This document shows positions 21,222 to 30,771 of a stretch of DNA of 64,000 nucleotides, piece after piece. The translations under genes and the position numbers were made by a program. The notes under the pieces were generated by a model. The model was not told the origin of the DNA and searched no databases. It worked only from the letters and a program-made list of their open reading frames with translations. Position 1 is the first letter of the stretch; the number at the start of each line of letters is the position of its first letter. This DNA comes from Candidatus Methanosuratincola verstraetei (lineage in GTDB: Archaea; Thermoproteota; Methanomethylicia; Methanomethylicales; Methanomethylicaceae): contig CP186953.1 of NCBI GenBank assembly GCA_049570475.1, positions 64,001-128,000 of the forward strand, written 5' to 3'.

Positions 21222-22934
21222 TCAAACCCCGAAAATGAACCTTATCAAACCCAGTTCCCTGAACGCCAAGAATCCTGCAATTGATAGGGCGACACATACA
21301 GCTGCGGGCATCAATCCGTCCGCGACCGATCCTCCCCTGCTGAGTTTGCCGCCGACAATCCCGAGCAAGAAGGCGTCGTATATGACTGCGAGGTACGCAA
21401 CTGCAGCTGCGAGCTCGAATTGGGATCCCGTGATGAAGGAGAGACCGAATGGCAGGCTAATGCTCACGCCGCCGAGGGCTCCAGCGAATAGCCTCCCGAT
21501 CACGTCGACCGCAACAACCGTAGTGAAAGTCAGCACGAGCGTATTCATGTAGCTTACAGCGGTGAAGAGCCGGGTCTGGGACGAGAGCGCCTTCATGCAG
21601 AGGGTAAGGCTCGAGACGAGCTCGGAAAGGTGGTCTAGGCTCTTCGGCTCAGATCCCATCCTCTCGGACTCGTCTATCAGCTCGAATGTTGCCTTGACTA
21701 CCCAGGGGGCGCGTACGGCTTCTGCGACCTCTGATACCGGGACTCCTATCTTCAGGAATGCTGATATCCTGTGCAGGAACCTGTCAAAGTGTTGGTTGAA
21801 AGCCCTTGCCTCAGAAAAGTGTATTATGGACATACCAGGTGAGCTCCCCTTCTTTACCTCCTCGGCGACGAGCCTGGTGAAGGCAGGGAGGGCGGCAAGA
21901 ACCTGGCTGACTTCCCTCCGCATAGGGCGGTAGTACAAAGAGGCTGCGGCTAGCGAGGAGAGCAGAACTCCCCCGAATGCGAGGTAAGCGGGCACAGGAA
22001 TCCCTGCCACCCAAAAAATTGCAGCCAGTGCCACACCCATAGGGAGGGCTGCAAGCGCTATTGAGAACCCTTTCAGCGGCACGGGAGTCGTGAGCTCCTT
22101 GGGGAGCGAGGAGTCGATCATTACACTAAGCAGGACTGCGGTAACGCTCGGGAGACCAATGCAGGCAGCCAATAGGGTGGGCAGCGATACCGCCGAGCTG
22201 AAGACTGTGCCGAGCGTGAGAGCCCCCATGGGGACGAGTATGAAAGCGATCATCTCTGCAGAGGCGATCATGGAGAACTTGTCCGAGAGGGTCTTTATCG
22301 TGCCCTGCAGGTGCGAGAAGACCTTCATCAGCTCATCCCTGAGCACCGAGGGCACGGCATCACCCTGCCTCTGGGCGGCGACAACAGAGAAGTAGAGATC
22401 CCTTACGCGTTCGGAGGGGTGTTGCCTTGCTTCGAAGACCAATGCATCGTACGGGTGGAGCGCATAGAGGCGCCTGACCTTCTCGATCCTCTGTGCCTCG
22501 TTCCTGAACGCGTTGAGGAATGCTGAACGCCTGAGCCTCTCAAGCGCAACCTGGATAGGGATGCCAGAGGCTGAGGCGATTGCGAGGAAGGCCGTCAAGA
22601 ATGGGAGTTCTCTCTCACAGGCGCGCCTCCTCCCCAGAGCAGAGAGGGCAGGCCTCAAGGACAGATATGCAGGGATCGCCCATGAAGAGAGGCTAGCAGC
22701 CCCAGTTGCAAGCAAGAGTTCAGGAGGCGCGGCTGCCAGACCGCATAGCCGCAGCGCCAGTAGCGCCATGGATACAGACGAGAGGGCGGATGAGAGCAGG
22801 ACGGCAAGGGCTATCTTCCTGCCGTATGAGTCAGGAGAGACCCCGAGCTCGCCCTGGTAAAGGCGGAGGCAGAGGCGGCTTGCGATCGGGCTGGAGAGCC
22901 TCGCGAGCAAGCCAGAGCCGCCCTCAGCAGTCAA
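21222..22934 (-). CDS. Type IV pilus/T2SS-F membrane platform protein (TadC/ArlJ-like, two F domains)
   Basis: ERELPFLTAFLAIASASG and LPAFTRLVAEEVKKG F-domain starts, multiple TM helices, downstream of the secretion ATPase. Confidence 0.8.
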   Translation of the reverse strand: MTAEGGSGLLARLSSPIASRLCLRLYQGELGVSPDSYGRKIALAVLLSSALSSVSMALLALRLCGLAAAPPELLLATGAASLSSWAIPAYLSLRPALSALGRRRACERELPFLTAFLAIASASGIPIQVALERLRRSAFLNAFRNEAQRIEKVRRLYALHPYDALVFEARQHPSERVRDLYFSVVAAQRQGDAVPSVLRDELMKVFSHLQGTIKTLSDKFSMIASAEMIAFILVPMGALTLGTVFSSAVSLPTLLAACIGLPSVTAVLLSVMIDSSLPKELTTPVPLKGFSIALAALPMGVALAAIFWVAGIPVPAYLAFGGVLLSSLAAASLYYRPMRREVSQVLAALPAFTRLVAEEVKKGSSPGMSIIHFSEARAFNQHFDRFLHRISAFLKIGVPVSEVAEAVRAPWVVKATFELIDESERMGSEPKSLDHLSELVSSLTLCMKALSSQTRLFTAVSYMNTLVLTFTTVVAVDVIGRLFAGALGGVSISLPFGLSFITGSQFELAAAVAYLAVIYDAFLLGIVGGKLSRGGSVADGLMPAAVCVALSIAGFLAFRELGLIRFIFGV

Positions 22935-24645
22935 AGGCCTTCACCCGCCCATGGGTCCCTTTGGGCATTGATGTGCGAACCCCTATCCCGTCATTCAGTT
23001 TCACATTCACGTTCAGGCATTTTGAGAGAGCTTCTGAGCCAGCCTTGAATGAGTCGCCGGAGTATATCAGGTCCTCAGGGTCAAAGTCATCTGGGGAAGA
23101 CTGGAAGAGCCACACGGCTTTTGCAACAAGCAGGTACTCCCTGTACTCTGGCCTTACCTTTGCGATCTGGAGCAGCCTGGTGAGAAAAGCCACCCGCCTA
23201 CGGTACCTCTCGAGGAAGGCTTTTTCAGAGAAGCCAGTCTCCTGCATTATCCTCCTTGCGGAGTTGGAGGAGAGGATCCTCGACTCGTCGTGACCGAACC
23301 GATCCCCCTCGCATGAGTAGGAGAAGACTGGCGTAAGTGTCAGATCAGGGTTCAGGTCGTAGTAGTTGAGGACCCGCCTCCGCTGCCTCTGGCGACCCTC
23401 GGCGAAATACGTCGATCTCCCCAGGCAGAGTATGCCTGCCAGCGACTTCAGTGCACCCCTCTCGACCGAGATGGGCGGGGAGAGGAGGCGCTCGAGTGCA
23501 GAGGATGGGCTCTCGGCATGGAGGGATGTGATGCCCCCGTGGCCGGTCATTATCGCCTGGGCCCAGATCCTCCCCTCCTCGCCCCTCACCTCCCCCACTA
23601 TAATATAGTCGGCGGACATCCTGAGCGCCTCCTTGACCAGCGCGAACATCCCTATCTCGCCGCGCTCGTCCAGGGTCGACGACTCCCTGACGACCAGCGA
23701 GAACCAGTTCTGGCGCGCCAGCCTGAGCTCGGGCGTGTCCTCTATGGTGACTATCACCGCCCTCTCAGGTATGAGGTTGCATAGGGCGTTTATTGTCGAG
23801 GTCTTTCCCGTGCCCATTGACCCGCAGACGAGGAACGCCTTGCGGTGCTCCTCCAGCATCATCAGCCAAGCTGCGATCTCAGGGGAGAGGGTGTTCATGA
23901 GCATCAGGGAGGTGATTGACCAGGGCTTCTCTGGGAACTTGCGGATTATGAAGCTAGACCCCTCGACCGAGACCTCCCTTTTGTAGGAGGCTGAGAGCCT
24001 AGACCCGTTCGGGAGCCTTATGCTCAGGATTGGCTTGTAGAGCGAGACGGACTTTCCGGAGAGGTGGACCAGCTTCTCCACGTACCTGTCGATCTCATCC
24101 GGCCTGAACCGGACGTTGCTCGGCATGGTACCGTAGTCGGAGTGGCTGCACGAGACGGGGCTGCTCGAGGAGGCGACGACAATGTCCTCGACCTTCGGGT
24201 CAGAGACCATCGGATCCAGGAGGCCGTAGCCGACAATCTCCCTCTTGAGGAAGTATTTGTACCGCTGGTCGCTGAGCCCAGCCCTCTTAAGGTACTCCTC
24301 GAACTGCCGCTCGTCCCCGACAGCCGAGGCTGGCATGATGAAGAGTAGCCTTGAGGCGATGTCACCCAATTTCTTGTGCTCCTCCGGGGTCAGAGGAGGG
24401 TCGTTGATCAGGTACTCCATGTCCTTTGTTATGTAGACTGTCGATAGCCCGACAGTATAGCTCTCAACGACTTCATAGTTCGAGAGGCGCACGTACGAGG
24501 TCTTGATGCTGAAGGCAGGCAGGTCAAACCTTCCCTTTGGGGAGCTGTAGCGACGCTCTATCCCTTCAATGACTTCATCCTCGAGGCTCTCGAAGGATCT
24601 TGAGTCGATACCGCCCCTGTCCTTCCGCCTGCCGATCAATTGCAA
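22924..24645 (-). CDS. Type II/IV secretion system ATPase (pilus assembly)
   Basis: GYGLLDPMVSDPKVEDI, IIRKF, GSMGTGKTS, TIEDTPEL, IIVGEVRG, GHGGITSLHA. Confidence 0.92.
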   Translation of the reverse strand: MQLIGRRKDRGGIDSRSFESLEDEVIEGIERRYSSPKGRFDLPAFSIKTSYVRLSNYEVVESYTVGLSTVYITKDMEYLINDPPLTPEEHKKLGDIASRLLFIMPASAVGDERQFEEYLKRAGLSDQRYKYFLKREIVGYGLLDPMVSDPKVEDIVVASSSSPVSCSHSDYGTMPSNVRFRPDEIDRYVEKLVHLSGKSVSLYKPILSIRLPNGSRLSASYKREVSVEGSSFIIRKFPEKPWSITSLMLMNTLSPEIAAWLMMLEEHRKAFLVCGSMGTGKTSTINALCNLIPERAVIVTIEDTPELRLARQNWFSLVVRESSTLDERGEIGMFALVKEALRMSADYIIVGEVRGEEGRIWAQAIMTGHGGITSLHAESPSSALERLLSPPISVERGALKSLAGILCLGRSTYFAEGRQRQRRRVLNYYDLNPDLTLTPVFSYSCEGDRFGHDESRILSSNSARRIMQETGFSEKAFLERYRRRVAFLTRLLQIAKVRPEYREYLLVAKAVWLFQSSPDDFDPEDLIYSGDSFKAGSEALSKCLNVNVKLNDGIGVRTSMPKGTHGRVKAFDC

Positions 24646-24697
24646 ACGTATACCACTTCCCGACTGGATGGAACAGATGGAAATAAAAAAGAGGGAG

Positions 24698-25114
24698 TTA
24701 CTGGACGAAGGCGCTGAAAGGCAAGATTCCCTGGTCTGTGTTCAATGAACCCTTAAGAATAGTCCCGGTGTTGAAGTTGGCCCCGCTGAAAGTGATGTTG
24801 AGCACCATGCTTTTCCCTGCCTGGATCACATCACTGCGAGTTGCATTCTGACCCCCTAGGAGGCACGACGAGATCGACGCGTTTGCGTTCCCTATGTTCC
24901 TGACGGTCAAGTACAGCGTATCATTCTGGACCACAGGGGATCCCACGATCATTAGGGCGCCCTGGTTCGCAGCCGCTGCGCCGGTGGAGAGCATCCAGCT
25001 GACCGCGATCCCAGTGACAGCCAGAGCGGCTACAGTCACCAGGATTGTTATTATTGGGGTCGAGATCTCCCCTCTTTTGCTTCTAATTCTGCCTCTGTTC
25101 CTATTTGCGGACAT
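24698..25114 (-). CDS. Archaeal type IV pilin with class III signal peptide
   Basis: Basic leader ending RG/EI (fits the archaeal prepilin cleavage pattern), then a hydrophobic helix; upstream of the ATPase and TadC-like genes. Confidence 0.8.
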   Translation of the reverse strand: MSANRNRGRIRSKRGEISTPIITILVTVAALAVTGIAVSWMLSTGAAAANQGALMIVGSPVVQNDTLYLTVRNIGNANASISSCLLGGQNATRSDVIQAGKSMVLNITFSGANFNTGTILKGSLNTDQGILPFSAFVQ

Positions 25115-25243
25115 TTTTCCTCGGAAGACTTGGATGTTATAAAAATCCTGCCCCCTTTGGGCGGGGTGTTCTAATCCTTAGAATGGGCGTTCAGATCAAT
25201 AGCATAAAATCACATGGTGATAACGTTATGTCAGGTAAATGTT

Positions 25244-27013
25244 ATGAGGCAGCTTTCATCCTACAAAAAAGCCATTATCGTGTCAGTCCCTTTGGTTCTC
25301 ATTGCCTTTGTCGCGGCAGCATACGCAATAAATCAGCCCCCCGACCCGAACCTCAAGCGGTTCTCCAGCATGGACGAGATCGAGGCCTACCTGAAGGGCG
25401 GATCCCCCTCCTGGTGGCCTGTCTTTTACTTCAACAGGGATTTTGCATTTCAGGCTACTACCGCCGAAGGGGGGCTGAAGGACTATTCGACTACAAACAT
25501 ACAGGTAGCAGGCGTGGACGAGGCGGACATTGTCAAGAGCGATGGCGAGTACCTCTACATCGCCTCCGGGGACACAGTCTACATCGTGAAGGCCTACCCG
25601 CCCGAGGATGCGAGGGTCGTCTCCAAGATCGTGATCAACAACTCATACTCGCAGGATCTCTACATCAACGGCAACCGGCTGGTGGTCATCGGGAGCGGAT
25701 ATTCGGCGTTTGCTTACAAAGGCTACCCGGTCTCGGTTGCCAACTCATTCGTCAGGGTCTACGACATCACCAACAGGTCCTCCCCTGAACTTGCAAGAGA
25801 GCTCGTTCTGAACGGCACAATCAGCGGCTCGAGGATGATAGGCGACTACGTGTACATAGTCTCGCAGGAGTACCCGTACGTGTATGACTTCGAAAGCCAG
25901 GATTACAGGATCGAGCTCCCAGCCTATGCGTGCGACGGCACTACCAAGGAGATAAAGCCCGAGGAGATCTACTACATAGAGTCCCAGGAGTCTTACTATT
26001 GGTTCATGACCGTCATCTCCCTGAATGTGGTCGATGACTCGATCCCTCCGTCGGATGAGACATTCTTGGCTGGCGTCTCATCCACAATGTACGTCTCGCC
26101 TGAGAACATGTACCTTGTTGCCCACCGCTCTTACCCTGTGAGGATCATGATTATCTCCCCCAGCACAAGCGCTGAGGACTGGAAGGAGGAGACGCTCGTC
26201 TACAGGCTGGGCCTGAAGGATGGGAAAGTTGCTCTCGAGGCCAGCGGCACGGTGCCAGGCGGGATACTGAACCAGTACAGCATGGACGAACACAACGGGT
26301 ACTTCAGGGTTGCTACGACCGAGTGGACATCGAACGGGAGCAAGAACGCGATCTACGTGCTGAACATGAAAATGGAAATTGTCGGGTCGATCGAAGGGAT
26401 AGCCCCCGGCGAGAGGATCTATTCGGCCAGGTTTATGGGCGACAGGTGCTACCTAGTCACATTCAGGCAGGTCGACCCATTCTTCGTGATCGACCTCAGC
26501 AATCCTTTCAATCCCTCAGTGCTCGGCTACCTGAAGATCCCAGGTTACTCCAGCTACCTCCACCCGCTGGATGAGGATCACATAATTGGTCTCGGCAAGG
26601 AAGGGAACAACCTGAAGCTCTCGTTGTTCAATGTGGAGGACGTGAGCGCGCCCAAGGAGGTAGCGAAGTTCGGGCTCAACTATACCTACTCAGACTCGGA
26701 GGCACTTTACGACCCGAAGGCGTTCCTCTTCAATGCGGGAAGGCAGATCCTCGCCATACCCGTCGGTTGGACTGAAGGCTACGGCGCATGGATGTACTCC
26801 CAGGGTGCGTTCGTCTTCAACGTGAGCGTCGAGGAGGGGTTTGTCCTCAGGGGCATAATAGTCCACCAGTCAGACATGGCCCAGAGCTACTGGAGCCTGG
26901 CGGTCAGGCGAATCCTTTACATCGAGGAAGCCCTCTATACTGTTTCCAACGACCAAGTGCGGATAAGCAACTTCGGGACGCTGGACCTGATAAAGGCGAT
27001 TCCGCTCCAGTGA
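25244..27013 (+). CDS. Secreted beta-propeller domain protein (Beta_propel family)
   Basis: YSTTNIQVAGVDEADIVKSDG, LNQYSMDE..GYFRVATT, GERIYSARF, LKIPGYSSYLHP. Confidence 0.88.
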   Translation: MRQLSSYKKAIIVSVPLVLIAFVAAAYAINQPPDPNLKRFSSMDEIEAYLKGGSPSWWPVFYFNRDFAFQATTAEGGLKDYSTTNIQVAGVDEADIVKSDGEYLYIASGDTVYIVKAYPPEDARVVSKIVINNSYSQDLYINGNRLVVIGSGYSAFAYKGYPVSVANSFVRVYDITNRSSPELARELVLNGTISGSRMIGDYVYIVSQEYPYVYDFESQDYRIELPAYACDGTTKEIKPEEIYYIESQESYYWFMTVISLNVVDDSIPPSDETFLAGVSSTMYVSPENMYLVAHRSYPVRIMIISPSTSAEDWKEETLVYRLGLKDGKVALEASGTVPGGILNQYSMDEHNGYFRVATTEWTSNGSKNAIYVLNMKMEIVGSIEGIAPGERIYSARFMGDRCYLVTFRQVDPFFVIDLSNPFNPSVLGYLKIPGYSSYLHPLDEDHIIGLGKEGNNLKLSLFNVEDVSAPKEVAKFGLNYTYSDSEALYDPKAFLFNAGRQILAIPVGWTEGYGAWMYSQGAFVFNVSVEEGFVLRGIIVHQSDMAQSYWSLAVRRILYIEEALYTVSNDQVRISNFGTLDLIKAIPLQ

Positions 27014-27080
27014 TTTTTCTCCTTTGCCTTTTTCCCCTTCTGTCTTATTTTTCATTTCACCAAAGCTGGCTGGTGGAGCA

Positions 27081-27938
27081 TCAGAGCTGAATTTTCTCTA
27101 CGCTCACGCAGTATCCTAGCGCACGGTGCGAGATCCGCACATTGCGGAGGGGCGCCGCCCTAGCCAGCCTTGCGAGCTCCTCAACCGACGGGTTCCGCAT
27201 CATCGAGTACTCCCTGCTCCCGGCGTTTTCGGGGACGAACTCAACCAAGGTGAAACTCGCACCGCCTGCTGAGGCCTTCTCCCCGTATCCCATACTGTTC
27301 AGGTCAAGGCCTATCGACCTGACAACCTCCAGGCTGTCGTTCACCCCTGGGATCACAACCATGCGCAGGTCCACGAATGCGCTCGAGGCGAGCGCGATCC
27401 TTATCGACTCGATCACCCGGTCCACCATCGGGTTGTCCACCCCAGTCACCTTCCTGTACTCGAAGTCGTTGAGGGCGGTCTTGACGTCGATCGATACGAG
27501 ATCGAGCATTGGCAGCATTCCCCTGAGCCGCTCCGGGAGTGTGCCGTTGGTGTCGATCCCGAACTTGTAGCCGAGCGACTTCGCCTTCTTGGCAATCCTC
27601 ATCAGGGCCTCAGGCTGGAGTAGAGGCTCCCCGCCGGTTACCTTGCAGGCATTGATCAGCTTCCCCCCCTCCAAGAGGCGCTCGATCCGGTCAATCCTTG
27701 TCAAGTGCGACCTGTCCTGCTCCCTTATCTTCCAGTTCTGGCAGTACCCGCACCGGTAGTTGCACCCGGAGAAGAAGATGACTATGGCCGGCTCCCCAGG
27801 GAAGTCGCATAGGGAGAGGGGCATGATTTCGGGGGCGTAGGCTTCGGCACCCGATCCCACTCCGAGACCGCCTCCCCTTCCTTTTCCTCCGCCCCTGCCT
27901 GAAGTGTAATTTCGGCTACTGCCGCTGCCAGCGCTCAT
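27081..27938 (-). CDS. nrdG: Anaerobic ribonucleotide reductase activating enzyme (radical SAM)
   Basis: DFPGEPAIVIFFSGCNYRCGYCQN, TGGEPLLQ, IDTNG; ATGA overlap with the nrdD stop. Confidence 0.85.
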   Translation of the reverse strand: MSAGSGSSRNYTSGRGGGKGRGGGLGVGSGAEAYAPEIMPLSLCDFPGEPAIVIFFSGCNYRCGYCQNWKIREQDRSHLTRIDRIERLLEGGKLINACKVTGGEPLLQPEALMRIAKKAKSLGYKFGIDTNGTLPERLRGMLPMLDLVSIDVKTALNDFEYRKVTGVDNPMVDRVIESIRIALASSAFVDLRMVVIPGVNDSLEVVRSIGLDLNSMGYGEKASAGGASFTLVEFVPENAGSREYSMMRNPSVEELARLARAAPLRNVRISHRALGYCVSVEKIQL

Positions 27939-30106
27939 GAAAGCCTGACCCTGTACCTGTCCTTGAGCTCCTGCCTCTTGGCAGCGTTCCATGAGCTGAC
28001 ATCCTGGTAGTAGCCCGTTATCCTGGAGTAGTTCCTCACAGAGGCGCTGCCGCAGGTCGGGCAACTCGAATTCAGCCCGCCGCCGACATATCCGCAGTCT
28101 CTGCAGACGGTGATGTCCTTCGTGTGGGACCAGTAGCCGACCCATGACTGCTTCGCGAGCCGCATGTTGAGCTTCATCAGGGCTTCTGGGTCTGGGTTAG
28201 CCTCGCCGAGCCATACGTGGAATATGTCCCCTCCCTTGAGTATCGGGAAGAACCTCTGCTCGATCAAGAGGCGCTGGTCCAATGGCAGCTGCGCAGCGAC
28301 GTTAACATGCGCGCCGTTGGAGTAGTAGACCGGGACGTCCTTCGTCTCGTTCAGCAGGGACAGCCCCTTCTCAAGGTCGCCCTTTACCAGATCCCTCGCA
28401 AACTTGGGGTAGTGTATCAGGTCGGCCACCGCGAAGCGCTGCGCGGCGGACTCTGCAGGCGTCCTTGCGATTGAGAACTTCTCCCCAGTCTCCTCGCTAT
28501 AGGACTTCCTTATCTTGTCCATCTCGATCAGCACTTTGAGGGCCAGCTTCTGGGCTGACGGGTCCTCGTGAATCTCGTACCCCGTCATGTGCTGGACGAG
28601 CTCGTTCATCCCGACGAACCCTATAGTGAGCGAGAGGTTGTCGATGTCGACTGCCGGCGGGGCGCCTCGGGGGCGCTGTGACGCGAACGGTATGAGGCCC
28701 CTCTCGAACTGACGCTTTATCGTCGCCTTCTTGAGCATGAGGGCCTCCTTCGCGATGTCCATTGTGGACTTCAGCACCTCCAGGAGGCGCGCTTCGTCTC
28801 CCCCTGACTTGTACGCGACCCTCGGGAGGTTGACTGTGACCACCTGCATCCCGCCCATCGAGAAGTGGGCCCCGTCCTCGAACATCACCTTCTTCTGGAA
28901 GTTCTCAGACTTGCCGTCCTCCGAGAACGAGTACGCGCAGCACTGGAAGCATGAGACGCCATCCTCCCCTCCCCTGTAGGCAGGGATCATGTTGTCGTAG
29001 TATGTAGAGCCGAACTTCGCAGAGAGCTCGGCTGCCCTGAGCATCACGTCCTCGAACTCCTTGTCGTCCCAGTACCTCGCCCTCTGGACGACCTCAGGCT
29101 TCGGGAAGTTGAACATCTTGCCCATCGCATCGCCTTTCAGATACTCCTCGAGCAGCGCGACTGCGAAAGCGTGGACCGTGTCCTCGAGGTCGCCGTACCT
29201 CAGGTCTGGCCACTTCTTGCCGTGCGACACTACGGGCGCATCCTGCCAGACCTTCGGGACGCCTGACTCGATCTGTATCGACGAGAACACGGGCTGGCCG
29301 CCCCGGGCGACGTAGAGCTGGGTCATCTCGTAGAGGAACATCTGCGCGGTCTGGTGGAGCCGCTTCGCGTCGAAGTCCTTCAGGTACGGAGCCATGAAGA
29401 CGGTGAAGTTGAAGAAGCCCTGCCCTCCAGCGAAGTTGGTCTGGGCAGCCCCGAGGACCTTCGCGGCGTGGAGGATCGCGACCTCTGCATGCTTCGCGGG
29501 TCCCGCGACCGAGGTGTGCGTCCCAGTCCCGTCCGGCATGAGGCCGTAATAGAAGAAGTACCTGAGGTCCCAGTCCTGGCAGAAGGGGCGAGTCCCCCAG
29601 TACTCCAAGTCATGGAGGTGGATGTCACCACGAAGGTGCGCGTCGGCAATGTGCGACGGGATCATGAGGAGGTAAGACTCCTTGCTGAGGAAGTCTGCCT
29701 TCTTCTTGTGGAATGTCTCAGGGTTCGGCTGGAGGTTCGCGTTCTCCCTGGACTCGTAGCCGTCGGAGTTGTCTATCTTGTAGACCTCGTACAGGGGCAT
29801 CCCGACCCTGGTGTAGACGTTCCTCTGCTTGGCAAACCCATGCTCCAAGAGCTTCACGTTGACTATCTCGCGTATCAGGGGGCCGCTGAGCATCTTTAAG
29901 CGCATCCCCAGTATCTCGTCCTGCACCTCGTCGGCAATCACCCTGGCCTCCTCCTCGGTGAGGGGGCGCTCGTTGTAGAGCTCCTTGACGAGCTGGGTTT
30001 CCTTGAGCAGGCTCTTCACTATCAGATCCTTGTTGAATGGGACTATTACTCCGTCGCTCCGCCTCACGGGTGGAGGGAGTTTGCCGTTAATTATTACTTC
30101 TGTCAT
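27935..30106 (-). CDS. nrdD: Class III (anaerobic) ribonucleoside-triphosphate reductase with ATP cone
   Basis: ATP cone, HLRGDIHLHDL, FAGGQG, FPKP, TVNLPR, TPAES, Zn site CRDC/CPTC, glycyl radical motif SRITGYY. Confidence 0.95.
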   Translation of the reverse strand: MTEVIINGKLPPPVRRSDGVIVPFNKDLIVKSLLKETQLVKELYNERPLTEEEARVIADEVQDEILGMRLKMLSGPLIREIVNVKLLEHGFAKQRNVYTRVGMPLYEVYKIDNSDGYESRENANLQPNPETFHKKKADFLSKESYLLMIPSHIADAHLRGDIHLHDLEYWGTRPFCQDWDLRYFFYYGLMPDGTGTHTSVAGPAKHAEVAILHAAKVLGAAQTNFAGGQGFFNFTVFMAPYLKDFDAKRLHQTAQMFLYEMTQLYVARGGQPVFSSIQIESGVPKVWQDAPVVSHGKKWPDLRYGDLEDTVHAFAVALLEEYLKGDAMGKMFNFPKPEVVQRARYWDDKEFEDVMLRAAELSAKFGSTYYDNMIPAYRGGEDGVSCFQCCAYSFSEDGKSENFQKKVMFEDGAHFSMGGMQVVTVNLPRVAYKSGGDEARLLEVLKSTMDIAKEALMLKKATIKRQFERGLIPFASQRPRGAPPAVDIDNLSLTIGFVGMNELVQHMTGYEIHEDPSAQKLALKVLIEMDKIRKSYSEETGEKFSIARTPAESAAQRFAVADLIHYPKFARDLVKGDLEKGLSLLNETKDVPVYYSNGAHVNVAAQLPLDQRLLIEQRFFPILKGGDIFHVWLGEANPDPEALMKLNMRLAKQSWVGYWSHTKDITVCRDCGYVGGGLNSSCPTCGSASVRNYSRITGYYQDVSSWNAAKRQELKDRYRVRLS

Positions 30107-30308
30107 AACCAGACCCCCGATACGAGCTCATCTCTAACATTTACGGGCATTTTATTCCTATCGGATCCAGCGCTTATAAGGTTTTTTTAGAGTAAAATAT
30201 TTAAAAAAATTGATATCTGTAGAACACAATATGGCGCATTTTCACTTGGGCAAATAAAATCCGGGCAAAGCCAGCATGAATAATCAATGTGCCAAAATAA
30301 AGAAAGGC

Positions 30309-30647
30309 TCACCACGGACCAGGCGGCTGGAGGATCGACCGGAACACTGCCCCTGCCTCCTTGGACATTTCAGAGACGGTCATTGGGCAGCCCCACCGTT
30401 CAGCCAAAGCCCCGATCCCAATGAGTGCAAGCCCTGCGATATCGCTGAACGGCTCAGGGGTTGGCGTCAGCAGCAGGGCAGTGCCGACCTTCTTGAGGTT
30501 GCCCAAGGACCGCCTCTTTCCAGGCTCCCCGACCAGGGCCCTTAGTGACCGAAGCCCGAACGCAACTTCGCCGACCGCAGCGCCCGCATCGGCAGCAGAC
30601 TCGGAGAGGATCCTGGTCGCAGACCGCATAAGCGCACCAGAAATCAA
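30309..30647 (-). CDS. Hypothetical membrane-associated protein
   Basis: GTALLLTPTPEPFSDIAGLALIGIG hairpin-like motif; upstream ATATAACCTTTAAAAA promoter-like sequence on the minus strand. Confidence 0.5.
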   Translation of the reverse strand: MISGALMRSATRILSESAADAGAAVGEVAFGLRSLRALVGEPGKRRSLGNLKKVGTALLLTPTPEPFSDIAGLALIGIGALAERWGCPMTVSEMSKEAGAVFRSILQPPGPW

Positions 30648-30710
30648 CTCCCCCGCAGTCTTTTTAAAGGTTATATGAGACAGAATTGAGCTTCCAATCG
30701 ATTTCTGTTT

Positions 30711-30745
30711 AAGTGGGAAAGAAGTGGGAAAAGCTTAAATAGCGA
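30711..30745 (+). promoter_or_regulatory. his operon promoter (BRE plus TATA TTAAATA) with an AAGTGGGAAA direct repeat
   Basis: AAGTGGGAAA at 30711-20 and 30722-31; TTAAATA at 30735-41; GAGGGAG RBS at 30764-70 before ATG 30772. Confidence 0.6.
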
Positions 30746-30771
30746 AAAACCCTTCCGGGTTCAGAGGGAGC

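Noticed and set aside
27939-28145. N-terminal extension of nrdG in the ORF track
   Set aside because: It overlaps the nrdD 3' end; the ATGA-coupled start at 27938 is more plausible.
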